Assembly (NCBI GenBank): GCA_020353055.1 | Contig: CP070686.1 | Span: 1,420,738-1,477,833 of the forward strand | Length of the DNA stretch: 57,096 nt | DNA from: a candidate division WOR-3 bacterium | GTDB taxonomy: Bacteria > Hydrothermota > Tepidihabitantia > SM23-42 | Reading direction: 5' to 3' | Shown: positions 1-9,394 of the stretch, piece after piece | How positions within the stretch are numbered: the stretch's first letter is position 1 | How the letters are laid out: each line of letters begins with the position of its first letter | Notes under the pieces: model-generated | What the model saw: only the letters and a program-made list of their open reading frames with translations | The model's database searches: none | What the model was told of the DNA's origin: nothing | Program-made: the position numbers and the translations under genes

Positions 1-31
1 AGGTCTTGTCTTATGTGCCTGAATTGCCTAG

Positions 32-607
32 TCATTTTATCTTCCTCCAATTCTGCGTGGCGATGGGACTTTCCGTGCCGAGGAGATACGGTGAGTTGAG
101 TTTCTTGATGACGATACCCTCATGCCCTTTCTTCAGTTCTGACGCGTAATTGCGTTTCATATTGGTTAGTCCTTTTCCTGGTAGACGATAAAATGGCGGC
201 TCAAATTGAATTCTGCATAGCAAGGTCTTTCGTTGCTTCAGTGTTTTCTTACTGAGATTCGTTCCCTCAAAATATATCATATCGAACACATACACAACCG
301 GATCGACCTTCGGTTTCTTTGCGAATAGTGATGGAATGAAACGTCTGCCACCGGTTGAATACAGTTCGCAATCGAGTATAGTTCCTTTTGGGAGCGCATC
401 TTTCAGATTTGCGAGCAGATAAGCCAACTTGTTCGACCAATTAGGTTTCCGCTCGAGACGCCTTCCCCAACATTCCAATTTACCGTCTTTGCAGCAGATT
501 ATCTGCATGCGCCATCCGTCGATCTTCGGTTCGTATATCCAGCCACTGGCGAGTCTTTCTCCGAAATAAGGGATCGGTTGCATGAGCCATACAGGACCGA
601 AACGCAC
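32..607 (-). CDS. ATP-dependent DNA/RNA ligase family protein, adenylation (nucleotidyltransferase) domain only
   Basis: Motif I EPKIDG, motif III ILDCE, motif IIIa YVFD, motif IV EGIVIK, motif V WRKIK at the extreme C-terminus; no OB domain; GTG start. Confidence 0.8.
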   Translation of the reverse strand: MRFGPVWLMQPIPYFGERLASGWIYEPKIDGWRMQIICCKDGKLECWGRRLERKPNWSNKLAYLLANLKDALPKGTILDCELYSTGGRRFIPSLFAKKPKVDPVVYVFDMIYFEGTNLSKKTLKQRKTLLCRIQFEPPFYRLPGKGLTNMKRNYASELKKGHEGIVIKKLNSPYLLGTESPIATQNWRKIK

Positions 608-612
608 AGACG

Positions 613-640
613 ATTATAAGCGTTGCAGGGAGAGAGTCAA
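613..640 (-). promoter_or_regulatory. sigma70-type promoter, leaderless arrangement
   Basis: TTGACT-N16-TATAAT-N5-GTG, no SD. Confidence 0.65.
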
Positions 641-911
641 TGCGTTTCACGTCGATTCGTAACGGCAATAACGGTACTAACGAATGTAACGCACCTATGT
701 AGATTGCTCCGATTCTATCATTAAGGAAATTCCACAATAAATAAGGAATCGGAATCCTGTAGAGCGGGACCGCGTTGCCTTTGCAAGACTCAGGCTCCTC
801 GCAATGACACCACACTCCTTAGCGGTTCTGTATCCAGTGTCGTTATTAAGACGAAATCAACGAAAATAACGGGAATAACGATAGTAAAGAGAATGCGTTA
901 AGCGTGAGGCG

Positions 912-2228
912 TCAAGCGTCGACCAGCTCGCCGATGGGCGTGTGGCCTTTGACTTCTTTTATTACTACGTTTCTGACCTCCCCCGGTTTTATCTGCGTTT
1001 GCACTATCACATCCTTGTTACCGCGTGTCTTACCGCGTGAGGCTTTCCCTCTGGCAGCACTCTCGAACAGCACTTCATACTCTCTGCCTATCATCTCAGA
1101 AGTCTTCTCTTTGGTGATTTCGTTCTGGATTGGGATCAATTCGCTTAAGCGGCGCTTGATCGTGTTCTCATCCAGTGATTGTATGTTGCTTGCCTTCGTT
1201 CCCGTCCTTCTTGAGTAACGGTACATGTATGCATAATCGAATCTTATCTCCTCAACCATGGAAATAGTTTCGAGAAATTCCTCCTCAGTTTCAGTGGGAA
1301 AACCGACGATGAGGTCGGTTGTTACAGTGGCGTTTGGTATTTCCTGACGGATGTATTCAACCAGAGTACGGTAATGCTCCCGTGTATACTTGCGGTTCAT
1401 CAACTGGAGGACACGGTCGTTACCGGATTGCAGAGGAAGGTGAAACCATTCGCATATGTTATGGTGATTCTTTATGACCTGAACGGTTTCTTTGCTGAAG
1501 TCTTTTGGATGAGAGGTCAAAAAACGGATTCTGAATGCACCTGGAATCCGCGCGATGCGTTCAAGCAGTCCGGCGAAATCAAGATTATCGTGGTTATATT
1601 CATTGACGTTTTGCCCCAGCAGCGTAATATCCTTGACCCCGTGTTTCACGAGGTTGGCAATCTCACTGCATATGTCAGCGAATGGACGCGACCTCGCCTG
1701 ACCGCGCACGAACGGTACGATACAATATGAACAGTAGTTATTACAGCCGCGCATTATTGATACGAAATCGACTACCGTGGTTGGCGAATGGTATATGCCG
1801 TAATATGTCTCACCCGAGAGTCTGGTGTCGATAATCCTCACCTTCTTTTCTTTTATCTGTGCTATGTAATTGCCAATCACCCGGTAGGAATCCGGCCCCA
1901 GGATAAGATCAACGTGATTGAGTTTTCTCGTGATATCGTCGGCATTACTTTTCGCAAGGCAGCCGACAACAGCCAGGATTCGGTCACCTTCCTTTCGCCA
2001 GTTTTTAAGGCCAGACGTGTAGGCGAGTGCTCGGTTTGCAGCGTGATCTCTTACCGTGCATGTGTTTACGATAAAGATATCGGCGTATGCCGGGTCATCA
2101 ACCATTTTGAAACCATGCTCGGTGAGAATTTTACACATGAGAAAAGAGTCATTCTTATTCATCTGACAGCCAAAGGTTTTGATGAAGAATTTTTTGTTCA
2201 ATGTATTCTTAGGTGCAACGTCTTGCAT
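912..2228 (-). CDS. miaB: tRNA-2-methylthio-N6-dimethylallyladenosine synthase MiaB
   Basis: TFGCQMN N-terminal MTTase domain, NTCTVR, radical SAM CNNYCSYC, FLTSHP, C-terminal TRAM. Confidence 0.9.
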   Translation of the reverse strand: MQDVAPKNTLNKKFFIKTFGCQMNKNDSFLMCKILTEHGFKMVDDPAYADIFIVNTCTVRDHAANRALAYTSGLKNWRKEGDRILAVVGCLAKSNADDITRKLNHVDLILGPDSYRVIGNYIAQIKEKKVRIIDTRLSGETYYGIYHSPTTVVDFVSIMRGCNNYCSYCIVPFVRGQARSRPFADICSEIANLVKHGVKDITLLGQNVNEYNHDNLDFAGLLERIARIPGAFRIRFLTSHPKDFSKETVQVIKNHHNICEWFHLPLQSGNDRVLQLMNRKYTREHYRTLVEYIRQEIPNATVTTDLIVGFPTETEEEFLETISMVEEIRFDYAYMYRYSRRTGTKASNIQSLDENTIKRRLSELIPIQNEITKEKTSEMIGREYEVLFESAARGKASRGKTRGNKDVIVQTQIKPGEVRNVVIKEVKGHTPIGELVDA

Positions 2229-3366
2229 GGGTCAGATCTTCTGTCACGCCATCAATAACGACCTCGACCAATTCATTCCTGGGGCATTGTTCATCCAAGT
2301 GGACTTTTACATAGTTATCAGTCAGTCCAAGACATTCGCGATTCTTGTATTCGATGGCGACCTGAAATTTCTTATCAAACAGCCGTCTCCGGAATTCAAA
2401 GTTCTTCTGTTTGATTAATTCTTTAAGTTGCCAGAGACGATCTTTCTTCTCTTTTTTTGGTACGGGGTCGTTCAGTTTGAAGGCATCGGTTCCGCGCCGC
2501 GGAGAATAGGGGAAGACGTGCAGATGGGTTAAAGGTTGTTCGCGTATGAATTGATATGTGTTCGCGAATTCCTTTTGATCTTCACCGGGGAAACCAACGA
2601 TGACATCGGCGCCTATGGCAACATCTTCGAAGTTTTCCTTGATCAAACGGATAACCTTCTCCAGATGTCTCCTGTCGTAAGAGCGGTTCATTTTCCTCAG
2701 TATCGTATTGTCGGCACTCTGGATGGGGATGTGGAAGTGCCGGCATGCCGAGATCTCTTTCATGGTTTCGACCAATCGGGATGTAATGAAGAAGGGCTCT
2801 ATCGATGAGAGCCGGATGCGCGGACAATTAGGAATTCTGTTCAGGGCTTTGAGAAGTTCATCGAGGGAACTATCAATATCCTTTCCATATAGACCAATAT
2901 TCGCACCAACCAATACGATTTCCTTGTAATCGAGAGACAATGCCCATTTGATTTCTTGCTCTATTTCATTCATGGATCTGCTCTCGACCGTTGCGCGCAC
3001 CTTTGCCACGATACAGTATGAGCATTTCATGTCGCACCCATCCTGTACTTTGAGGAAATAGCGAGTCCTATCCGGTTTGGGCAAGATGTCTTTGATCGCT
3101 GCATTACGGTCGACATTATCGATGAGATATGTTGCTTTTGCGTAACTTTCCGGGTCAATACGGCATGCACAACCGGTTGCCACTATCGTAGCATCGGGAA
3201 AATTTCGAAGTGCTTGGCGGAATTTCTTATGGGAGTTCAGCTCGGCTTCTCTGGTTACACAGCAGGTATTCACAATGACCAGGTCTGCTACGCCGTTGAG
3301 TGCCTCAAGCAGACAATAGCCCTCGTACTGATTGAGCTTACATCCCAAATTAATAAGTTTTTGCAA
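2209..3366 (-). CDS. mtaB: tRNA methylthiotransferase MtaB (MiaB/RimO family)
   Basis: LGCKLNQYE, NTCCVT, KVQDGCDMKCSYC, RIRLSSIEP, HVFPYSPR, GLTDNY; TTG start. Confidence 0.8.
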   Translation of the reverse strand: MQKLINLGCKLNQYEGYCLLEALNGVADLVIVNTCCVTREAELNSHKKFRQALRNFPDATIVATGCACRIDPESYAKATYLIDNVDRNAAIKDILPKPDRTRYFLKVQDGCDMKCSYCIVAKVRATVESRSMNEIEQEIKWALSLDYKEIVLVGANIGLYGKDIDSSLDELLKALNRIPNCPRIRLSSIEPFFITSRLVETMKEISACRHFHIPIQSADNTILRKMNRSYDRRHLEKVIRLIKENFEDVAIGADVIVGFPGEDQKEFANTYQFIREQPLTHLHVFPYSPRRGTDAFKLNDPVPKKEKKDRLWQLKELIKQKNFEFRRRLFDKKFQVAIEYKNRECLGLTDNYVKVHLDEQCPRNELVEVVIDGVTEDLTHARRCT

Positions 3367-3377
3367 GCTGGATTATT

Positions 3378-5042
3378 TTACTCTTTTTGCTCCGCTTGTT
3401 TTTGAGAATCAAGGATGTCGCCAATTGTGAACTTATCGGGCGCTGGTTTTGGTGCTTCTTTTTTCTTCGGTGGTGCCTTGAAGATTTCCTTTTCGCTCAG
3501 GATTATCCTTCGAAGTCTTGAATTTATTTTTCTTACCGTTACTTCGATCTCTTCGCCAAGCGTGTATAGGTCCTTTGGCTTTTTCCCCCGTCTGGCCAGA
3601 TAATTGGCTGGGATGAATTCCTCAACGCCACCCTCGAGTACGAGTCGGATGCCCTTTGGCAGGATATCACTGATCTTGCCCATGACCTTTGATCCTTCAG
3701 GAAAGGTTTCGACGAATTTCGTGAACGGATCTTCTTTACAGTGTTTTATGCTCAGTGATATTCTTCGATTCTTACGGTCGATCGTGCAGATCACTGCTTC
3801 TACCTTTTGTCCTTTGCGCAGGTAATCGGAGGCTTTCTTAACCTTCTTATCCCAGAAGAAATCATTGACGTGGATGAGTCCCTCGACGCCATCGAGGATC
3901 TGTACGAAAGCGCCGAAGTCTTTTAGGTTGGTCACCTTGACGACTACTTTCTGACCGACTTCCAAGTTTTCATCGACGGTTGACCAGGGGTCTGGTTTAG
4001 TCTGCTTCATCCCAAGCGAAATTCTCTGTTCGTTGCGATCGATCGATAAGACGACAGCTTCGACTGCATCGCCTACCTTCAGAATCGACGAGGGGTCTTT
4101 CACATCCTTTGTCCATGACATTTCGGAGACATGAATGAGTCCCTCGATGCCCTTTTCAAGTTCGACAAATGCACCGTAGTCAACGACGCTGGTTACTTTT
4201 CCCTTCACCCTGGTGCCTACCGGGTATTTATTCTCGATGGCTTCCCACGGATGTGCGGTCAACTGTTTCAGACCGACGGCTATTCTGCCGGTCTCGCGGT
4301 CCATGATAAGAACCTTGATTTTTATTTTGTCATTGACTTTTACGACTTCGGCCGGATGGGTTATTTTTAGCCATGAAATGTCAGTGATGTGAAGTAGCGC
4401 ATCGATACCTCCGATATCAATGAAGGCTCCGAAGTCCGTGAGATTGCGCACTGTACCGTCAATGATATCGCCTACTTTCATCTTACTGAATATGCGCTTA
4501 CGCGCTTTAGCTTGTTCTTCTTCAACAGCCAGTTTTCTCGAAACAACGATGTTCTTTCGCAGCATGTTTATTTTCACGATCTTGACCTCGGATTTCTGGC
4601 CGATCAAGGACTCACCGTTCGCCTGTGCCTTGTAATCGATTTGAGAACTTGGTAAGAAAGCTTCGACACCCATGAGGTCGACCGAATAACCGCCCTTGAT
4701 GCGTTTCTTTATTGTACAGGACGCAGTCTCGCCATTCTCGTATATATGTTTTATTTTGTCCCAGGCGAGTTGAAAATCCGCCTTTTTCTTCGATATTACG
4801 GGAAATCCTTCACGGTCTTCGAAGGCTTCGAGAAAGACATAGATTGTCTTGCCTTCTTCAGCGTCCTCCGGAGCACCAAATTCCTCAAGTGGGAGAAATC
4901 CTTCAGCCTTGAGACCAAGGTTCAGTAGAACACCGTTTTGTGTTCTCTTAATGACCGTTGCTTTTACGATATCACCTTCATTAGGTGTGACAAATGATTC
5001 CTCTAATAGTTTGTTCAAATCCTCTTGTGCTATATCCTTCAT
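3378..5042 (-). CDS. rpsA: 30S ribosomal protein S1
   Basis: Multiple S1 repeats (DFGAFIDIGGIDALLH, YGAFVELEKGIEGLIHVSEMSW); ATG 5042 preferred because AAGGAGG precedes it and ATG 5081 lies only 3 nt from the -10 box. Confidence 0.92.
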   Translation of the reverse strand: MKDIAQEDLNKLLEESFVTPNEGDIVKATVIKRTQNGVLLNLGLKAEGFLPLEEFGAPEDAEEGKTIYVFLEAFEDREGFPVISKKKADFQLAWDKIKHIYENGETASCTIKKRIKGGYSVDLMGVEAFLPSSQIDYKAQANGESLIGQKSEVKIVKINMLRKNIVVSRKLAVEEEQAKARKRIFSKMKVGDIIDGTVRNLTDFGAFIDIGGIDALLHITDISWLKITHPAEVVKVNDKIKIKVLIMDRETGRIAVGLKQLTAHPWEAIENKYPVGTRVKGKVTSVVDYGAFVELEKGIEGLIHVSEMSWTKDVKDPSSILKVGDAVEAVVLSIDRNEQRISLGMKQTKPDPWSTVDENLEVGQKVVVKVTNLKDFGAFVQILDGVEGLIHVNDFFWDKKVKKASDYLRKGQKVEAVICTIDRKNRRISLSIKHCKEDPFTKFVETFPEGSKVMGKISDILPKGIRLVLEGGVEEFIPANYLARRGKKPKDLYTLGEEIEVTVRKINSRLRRIILSEKEIFKAPPKKKEAPKPAPDKFTIGDILDSQKQAEQKE

Positions 5043-5084
5043 TTGACTATAAATCCTCCTTTGAATAGTTTTACCATCCATAGG

Positions 5085-5112
5085 ATTATAATGATTTTTC
5101 GACGCTTGTCAA
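5085..5112 (-). promoter_or_regulatory. sigma70-type promoter of rpsA-mtaB-miaB
   Basis: Consensus hexamers TTGACA-N16-TATAAT. Confidence 0.75.
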
Positions 5113-5210
5113 CCATTTCGCGGTGCATATCCTACCTTAGATAGATAGCCTGAATTCGCGAGTGGGACATACCTGCATAACTGCATTTTTCCTCCTATAT
5201 CACAGGCCAT

Positions 5211-5238
5211 TTGACTTTTTTGTACGATTGATTATAAT
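5211..5238 (+). promoter_or_regulatory. sigma70-type promoter
   Basis: TTGACT-N16-TATAAT upstream of AAGGAGG SD. Confidence 0.65.
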
Positions 5239-5265
5239 ATACCTGAATTGTCAAAGGAGGAAGTA

Positions 5266-5811
5266 ATGAGATATTTATGGATGATCGTTCTGGTTTTGCT
5301 TGCGTGCGGTGCTCAGAAGGAACGTGACATATCTGTTAAGAAAACGGGCATTCCTTACATGAACATCGCTGTCAAGGACTATGGGACCATTGTGATTGAG
5401 TTATTACCAGAAGCAGCACCGAAAAACGTCAAAAATATCATTGAGCTGGCAGATAAAGGTTTCTATAACGGCCTGATATTTCACAGGGTGATAAAAGGTT
5501 TCGTGATCCAGGGTGGGTGCCCCAATGGCGATGGCACGGGTGACCCGGGGTATGAGATAAATGATGAAATTTCACCCAGCGAGAAACATCTGAAAGGCAG
5601 TGTGGCGATGGCAAATCGTGGTCCTAACACGAACGGATCGCAATTCTATATCTGCCTGGAACCTCAACCAAGACTCGATGGCCGGTATACGATCATCGGG
5701 CGCGTTGTGCAGGGCATGGATGTTGTTGACCAAATAGGTAATGTGAGAACTGGACAGTACGACCGGCCTCTAGCCGAGGTCGTTATGGAAAAAGTCTGGA
5801 TTGAGAAATAA
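5266..5811 (+). CDS. Cyclophilin-type peptidyl-prolyl cis-trans isomerase, lipoprotein
   Basis: FHRVIKGFVIQGGCP, AMANRGPNTNGSQFYI; lipobox LLAC; AAGGAGG before ATG 5266. Confidence 0.9.
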   Translation: MRYLWMIVLVLLACGAQKERDISVKKTGIPYMNIAVKDYGTIVIELLPEAAPKNVKNIIELADKGFYNGLIFHRVIKGFVIQGGCPNGDGTGDPGYEINDEISPSEKHLKGSVAMANRGPNTNGSQFYICLEPQPRLDGRYTIIGRVVQGMDVVDQIGNVRTGQYDRPLAEVVMEKVWIEK

Positions 5812-5881
5812 GCGGCATCGTTTCTGGATACTTGGATTTTGGACAATCACGCGGCAGGCATGTTTTCCTGCACCGTGGTGG

Positions 5882-5910
5882 TTGACGCTAAGAAGCGTGC
5901 AAGTTATAAT
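5882..5910 (+). promoter_or_regulatory. sigma70-type promoter, leaderless arrangement
   Basis: TTGACG-N17-TATAAT-N5-ATG. Confidence 0.6.
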
Positions 5911-5915
5911 ACATA

Positions 5916-6764
5916 ATGGAGTTTGACAATCTCATAACCAGCCCTTTTGGTTTCGGCGAAAGGCTGATTCTTGAATTACTGCAAAGAGGCGAGAGTGTCT
6001 ATGCTATTTTTCCCACGCCCAAAGACGTACCCATGTCTTTTCTGGGAAAGAAGAATATAAAGTATGGGTTCTTGAAGTTTGAGCATGATCCTGTTCTTGA
6101 AAAGACCTTACCCAGAAGGGTTAAGCATGTAATCCATATCTTCGAGGTTTACGGTGGCAGGTTCTCGAAGGTATTCAAAGCCAATACGCTTGCCACGCTA
6201 CTGTTGCTTGACTGGGCCAAGAACGGTGGGGTCGAGAGTTTTACGTATCTTTCGAGCGGAGAAGTATATGGAATGGGTAAAGACCTTACTGAACAGGCTG
6301 CGCTCGAACCGCACGGGTTCTACGCAACGACCAAGTACCAGGCGGAGATGTTCTTCAAATACTACCAGCGAGTACTTAGGATAAATTCCGTCCGCGTGTT
6401 CTTTCCCTTTGGTGATGGTCTTGAACAGGGTTTTGTTTTCGACATGGCGTATGCCATTAAATCGAGTAATCCCGTGGAATCACCATTTGATATGATTACA
6501 CCTACCTTGGGCGATGACATCGTTAGCCCGTTGTTGAAGATCCGCGACAGTGGACAGTCCGGTGTTTATAATATATGCGGCACTCCTATAAAAGTTCATA
6601 CAATCGCTGAACAGTTAGGGCAGATATTAGGTAATGAACTAAAAAAAGCGAAGATAAGGGAGCATATTCTCACCGGTGATAGCACGCCGGTCCGAGAGAA
6701 ATTCGGATATGTCGAAACGCCGATCAATGATGCCCTTGAGCAGGCATTCGCACACATGAGATAG
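5916..6764 (+). CDS. NAD-dependent epimerase/dehydratase (extended SDR), degenerate glycine-rich loop
   Basis: LSSGEVYG, catalytic YATTK (YxxxK), GVYNICG. Confidence 0.75.
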   Translation: MEFDNLITSPFGFGERLILELLQRGESVYAIFPTPKDVPMSFLGKKNIKYGFLKFEHDPVLEKTLPRRVKHVIHIFEVYGGRFSKVFKANTLATLLLLDWAKNGGVESFTYLSSGEVYGMGKDLTEQAALEPHGFYATTKYQAEMFFKYYQRVLRINSVRVFFPFGDGLEQGFVFDMAYAIKSSNPVESPFDMITPTLGDDIVSPLLKIRDSGQSGVYNICGTPIKVHTIAEQLGQILGNELKKAKIREHILTGDSTPVREKFGYVETPINDALEQAFAHMR

Positions 6765-6831
6765 CACCCTGCTTTGTGTATGGCCAGGTGTTTTTCCTTC
6801 ATCGCTGCATTTCATTTTTTCATTGGCATCT

Positions 6832-8262
6832 ATGATTGATCTCTTATTGACGAATCCTAAAGAGGAAGGAGCGTTCTTTGAACGTATGCCTCCTCTGGGG
6901 CTTGCATACATCGCTGGAAAACTAGAGTCCCGGGGTTACTCCGTGAGAATCGTGGATTTTGAAGTTGAAAGACGTCCGTTGACTTACTGGCTCGATATGT
7001 ATCAACCGAAGTATCTCGGCATTTCCGGTACCAGTCATACGCGCTTTGAGTCTTTCCGACTGGCAAAGGAAGCAAAGGGTTATGCACCGGAGATTGTTAC
7101 AATTTATGGAGGTGTGCATGCCACCTTCACCGGCGTCAATACCCTGCTACATGTTACCGAAATCGACTATGTTGTGTGTGGTGAAGGCGAGGATACAACC
7201 GTTGCGTTGTTCGATCGACTAGCAGCAGATGCAGATCCCGGAGCGATTTGTGGTATATGCTACCGGAGAGGTGGGAACATCGTACAGACGCCTCCAGCAC
7301 CGCGGATCATCCCGCTCGATAGTCTACCCAGACCAGCGTATCGACTGCTGAATATGGAACAGTATTCAGTAGGGATGGACTTTCTGGGTCGCAAAGCAAT
7401 TTCACTTCTGACCTCACGGGGTTGTTACGCAAAATGCAGTTTTTGCTCTGCCAGTAGGATGTTCGGACATAAGGTGACGACTCATTCTGCTCAACGTATG
7501 CTAGATGATGTCGAGTTTCTATTCACCACCTACGGGTACGAGGGTTTGAAGATTTTTGACAGTACTTTTACAATTGACAAAGAACATGTGTATGAATTCT
7601 GCGATGAAATAGCGAACCGTAAACTTAGTTTTCCTTGGGAATGTGAGATAAGGATCGGTTCGGTCGACGGTAAAATGCTTGAGAAGATGATGGATGCGGG
7701 ATGCTACTATGTTAATTTCGGCATTGAATCCGCAAGTCAGCGCGTCCTTGATCTGATGCGTAAAGCTATTAGGGTCGAGCAGGCAGTCGAACTGCTAAAT
7801 CTGTGCAACAGTGTAGGTTTGCGTACCAAGGTATTTTTTTCGTTCGGGCATATTGGCGAAACCAAGGATGATGTGGTAAAGACCTTTGAATTTATCGACA
7901 AACATGCTGATACAATATCGACCCTTGCCAGCGGGGCGGGTGTGCGTATCTATCCGGGAACTTATCTGGAAGAATATGCTTTCAAGAACGGTTTTTTACC
8001 TCGCGATTTTGAGTGGAGTTTACCCTATGACGACCCGCGACTTGACAACATCATGCAGACAAGGTCGATACCAGTGCTGGTCCAACCGCAACTTGGCTAT
8101 GATGAGCTGGAGAGAATTGCGCTACAGATTTATTCCAGGAAGTTCAGGGGTTGGAGGGGATTTAAATATGGTGTGAAAAAGGTAACCGACTGGAATAAGC
8201 TAAAGAAACTCTCACGGTTGCTGAGGATAAAAATGAGAAATGTTCTGTTGGGGAAGGATTAG
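6832..8262 (+). CDS. B12-binding domain radical SAM protein
   Basis: PPLGLAYIA, GGVHAT, GEGE, TSRGCYAKCSFC, GIESASQRVL. Confidence 0.9.
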   Translation: MIDLLLTNPKEEGAFFERMPPLGLAYIAGKLESRGYSVRIVDFEVERRPLTYWLDMYQPKYLGISGTSHTRFESFRLAKEAKGYAPEIVTIYGGVHATFTGVNTLLHVTEIDYVVCGEGEDTTVALFDRLAADADPGAICGICYRRGGNIVQTPPAPRIIPLDSLPRPAYRLLNMEQYSVGMDFLGRKAISLLTSRGCYAKCSFCSASRMFGHKVTTHSAQRMLDDVEFLFTTYGYEGLKIFDSTFTIDKEHVYEFCDEIANRKLSFPWECEIRIGSVDGKMLEKMMDAGCYYVNFGIESASQRVLDLMRKAIRVEQAVELLNLCNSVGLRTKVFFSFGHIGETKDDVVKTFEFIDKHADTISTLASGAGVRIYPGTYLEEYAFKNGFLPRDFEWSLPYDDPRLDNIMQTRSIPVLVQPQLGYDELERIALQIYSRKFRGWRGFKYGVKKVTDWNKLKKLSRLLRIKMRNVLLGKD

Positions 8263-8266
8263 TTAC

Positions 8267-9331
8267 ATGCGTATCTTGCACCTTTCATTTGAGAACTTTC
8301 AGGACGTCCCCGGTCTATTGAGCAGAAGTCACGCCTCTTTTGGTGATAAGGGTTGCCTGGTGACCATGGTACGTTCCCGTCTTGGTTTTCCAAACGGGAT
8401 TTGTCTTGACTACCCGTTCCTGAATTCCGCGGGTCTGAATAGCCTCTCAAGGATGCTGGGTCGGCATAATGTCAATGTGCTGGAAACAGAACTGAAACTC
8501 AAGAAAAAGGGTGAAAATTCGATTGAGAGATTGTATTTCAGGGGCCGGGACTACGCCTGGCTCTACAAATTGAACCGTGCATGGCGCCGCTTCGAGCTGG
8601 ACAGTTTCGATATCTACCACTTTGACGGCGATGTTCCATTCATATACGGTGACCGGGTCCTTAAGAAACTCAAAGGGAAGAAGCTCGTCACCCACTTCTT
8701 CGGAAGCGAACTCAGGAAATGGGGTATGAATCCCTTTTTGCGTGAGCGCGCTGATTTAAGGTTCACTTCGGAGCTAGACCACACGAAGATCGACCCTTCA
8801 CTTTTTTTTGTGCCTATTCCCTACGAGGCGGGGAATATAATGCCGCGCATGCGTGAGAACAAGGTTCTGCGTGTAGGGCATTCACCGACTCGGAGGACTG
8901 CGAAAGGTACTGGGGATATTCTTGAGGTGGTGAACCGGATACAGAAACACATGAACTTCGAATTCCTGCTTATCGAGGGTGTATCCCACAACAGATGCAT
9001 GGAATTGAAAGCCACGTGCGATGTCGGTATCGACCAGATCGGCAACTATGCCGGAACCGGATATGGACGCAGCGGATTGGAATTTCTTGCACTAGGGATA
9101 CCCACGATCACAGAAATACCGGATGACTACGAGAAACTCTTACCAGGTCATCCATTTGTTAAAGCGACAAAAAAAGATTTCGAAGAAGTACTATCCACAT
9201 TGTTACGCGATCGTCATATGCGTGATGAGAAGCGTCAAAGAGGTATAGAATGGGTGCGTGAATTTCCGCATCCGAAGCGGATTATTTCAGAGATATACAA
9301 AGAATATCGTAGAGTAGGCTGGATTCATTGA
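8267..9331 (+). CDS. Glycosyltransferase (GT-B/GT4-like)
   Basis: HFFGSELR, HSPTRRTAKGT, DQ..GYGRSGLEFLALGIP. Confidence 0.7.
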   Translation: MRILHLSFENFQDVPGLLSRSHASFGDKGCLVTMVRSRLGFPNGICLDYPFLNSAGLNSLSRMLGRHNVNVLETELKLKKKGENSIERLYFRGRDYAWLYKLNRAWRRFELDSFDIYHFDGDVPFIYGDRVLKKLKGKKLVTHFFGSELRKWGMNPFLRERADLRFTSELDHTKIDPSLFFVPIPYEAGNIMPRMRENKVLRVGHSPTRRTAKGTGDILEVVNRIQKHMNFEFLLIEGVSHNRCMELKATCDVGIDQIGNYAGTGYGRSGLEFLALGIPTITEIPDDYEKLLPGHPFVKATKKDFEEVLSTLLRDRHMRDEKRQRGIEWVREFPHPKRIISEIYKEYRRVGWIH

Positions 9332-9349
9332 CTTTTTCTAATAGGCATA

Positions 9350-9377
9350 TTGACAAATTTGTATTTTGCATTAGAAT
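9350..9377 (+). promoter_or_regulatory. sigma70-type promoter of ispA-dxs-sprA operon
   Basis: TTGACA-N16-TAGAAT. Confidence 0.6.
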
Positions 9378-9394
9378 TATCTTCTTGAAATATC

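Noticed and set aside
1-34. Readthrough of the ligase TGA to supply an OB domain
   Set aside because: An in-frame TAA follows six codons later.
5043-5081. Longer rpsA start at 5081
   Set aside because: That ATG is only 3 nt from the -10 hexamer, and an SD precedes ATG 5042.
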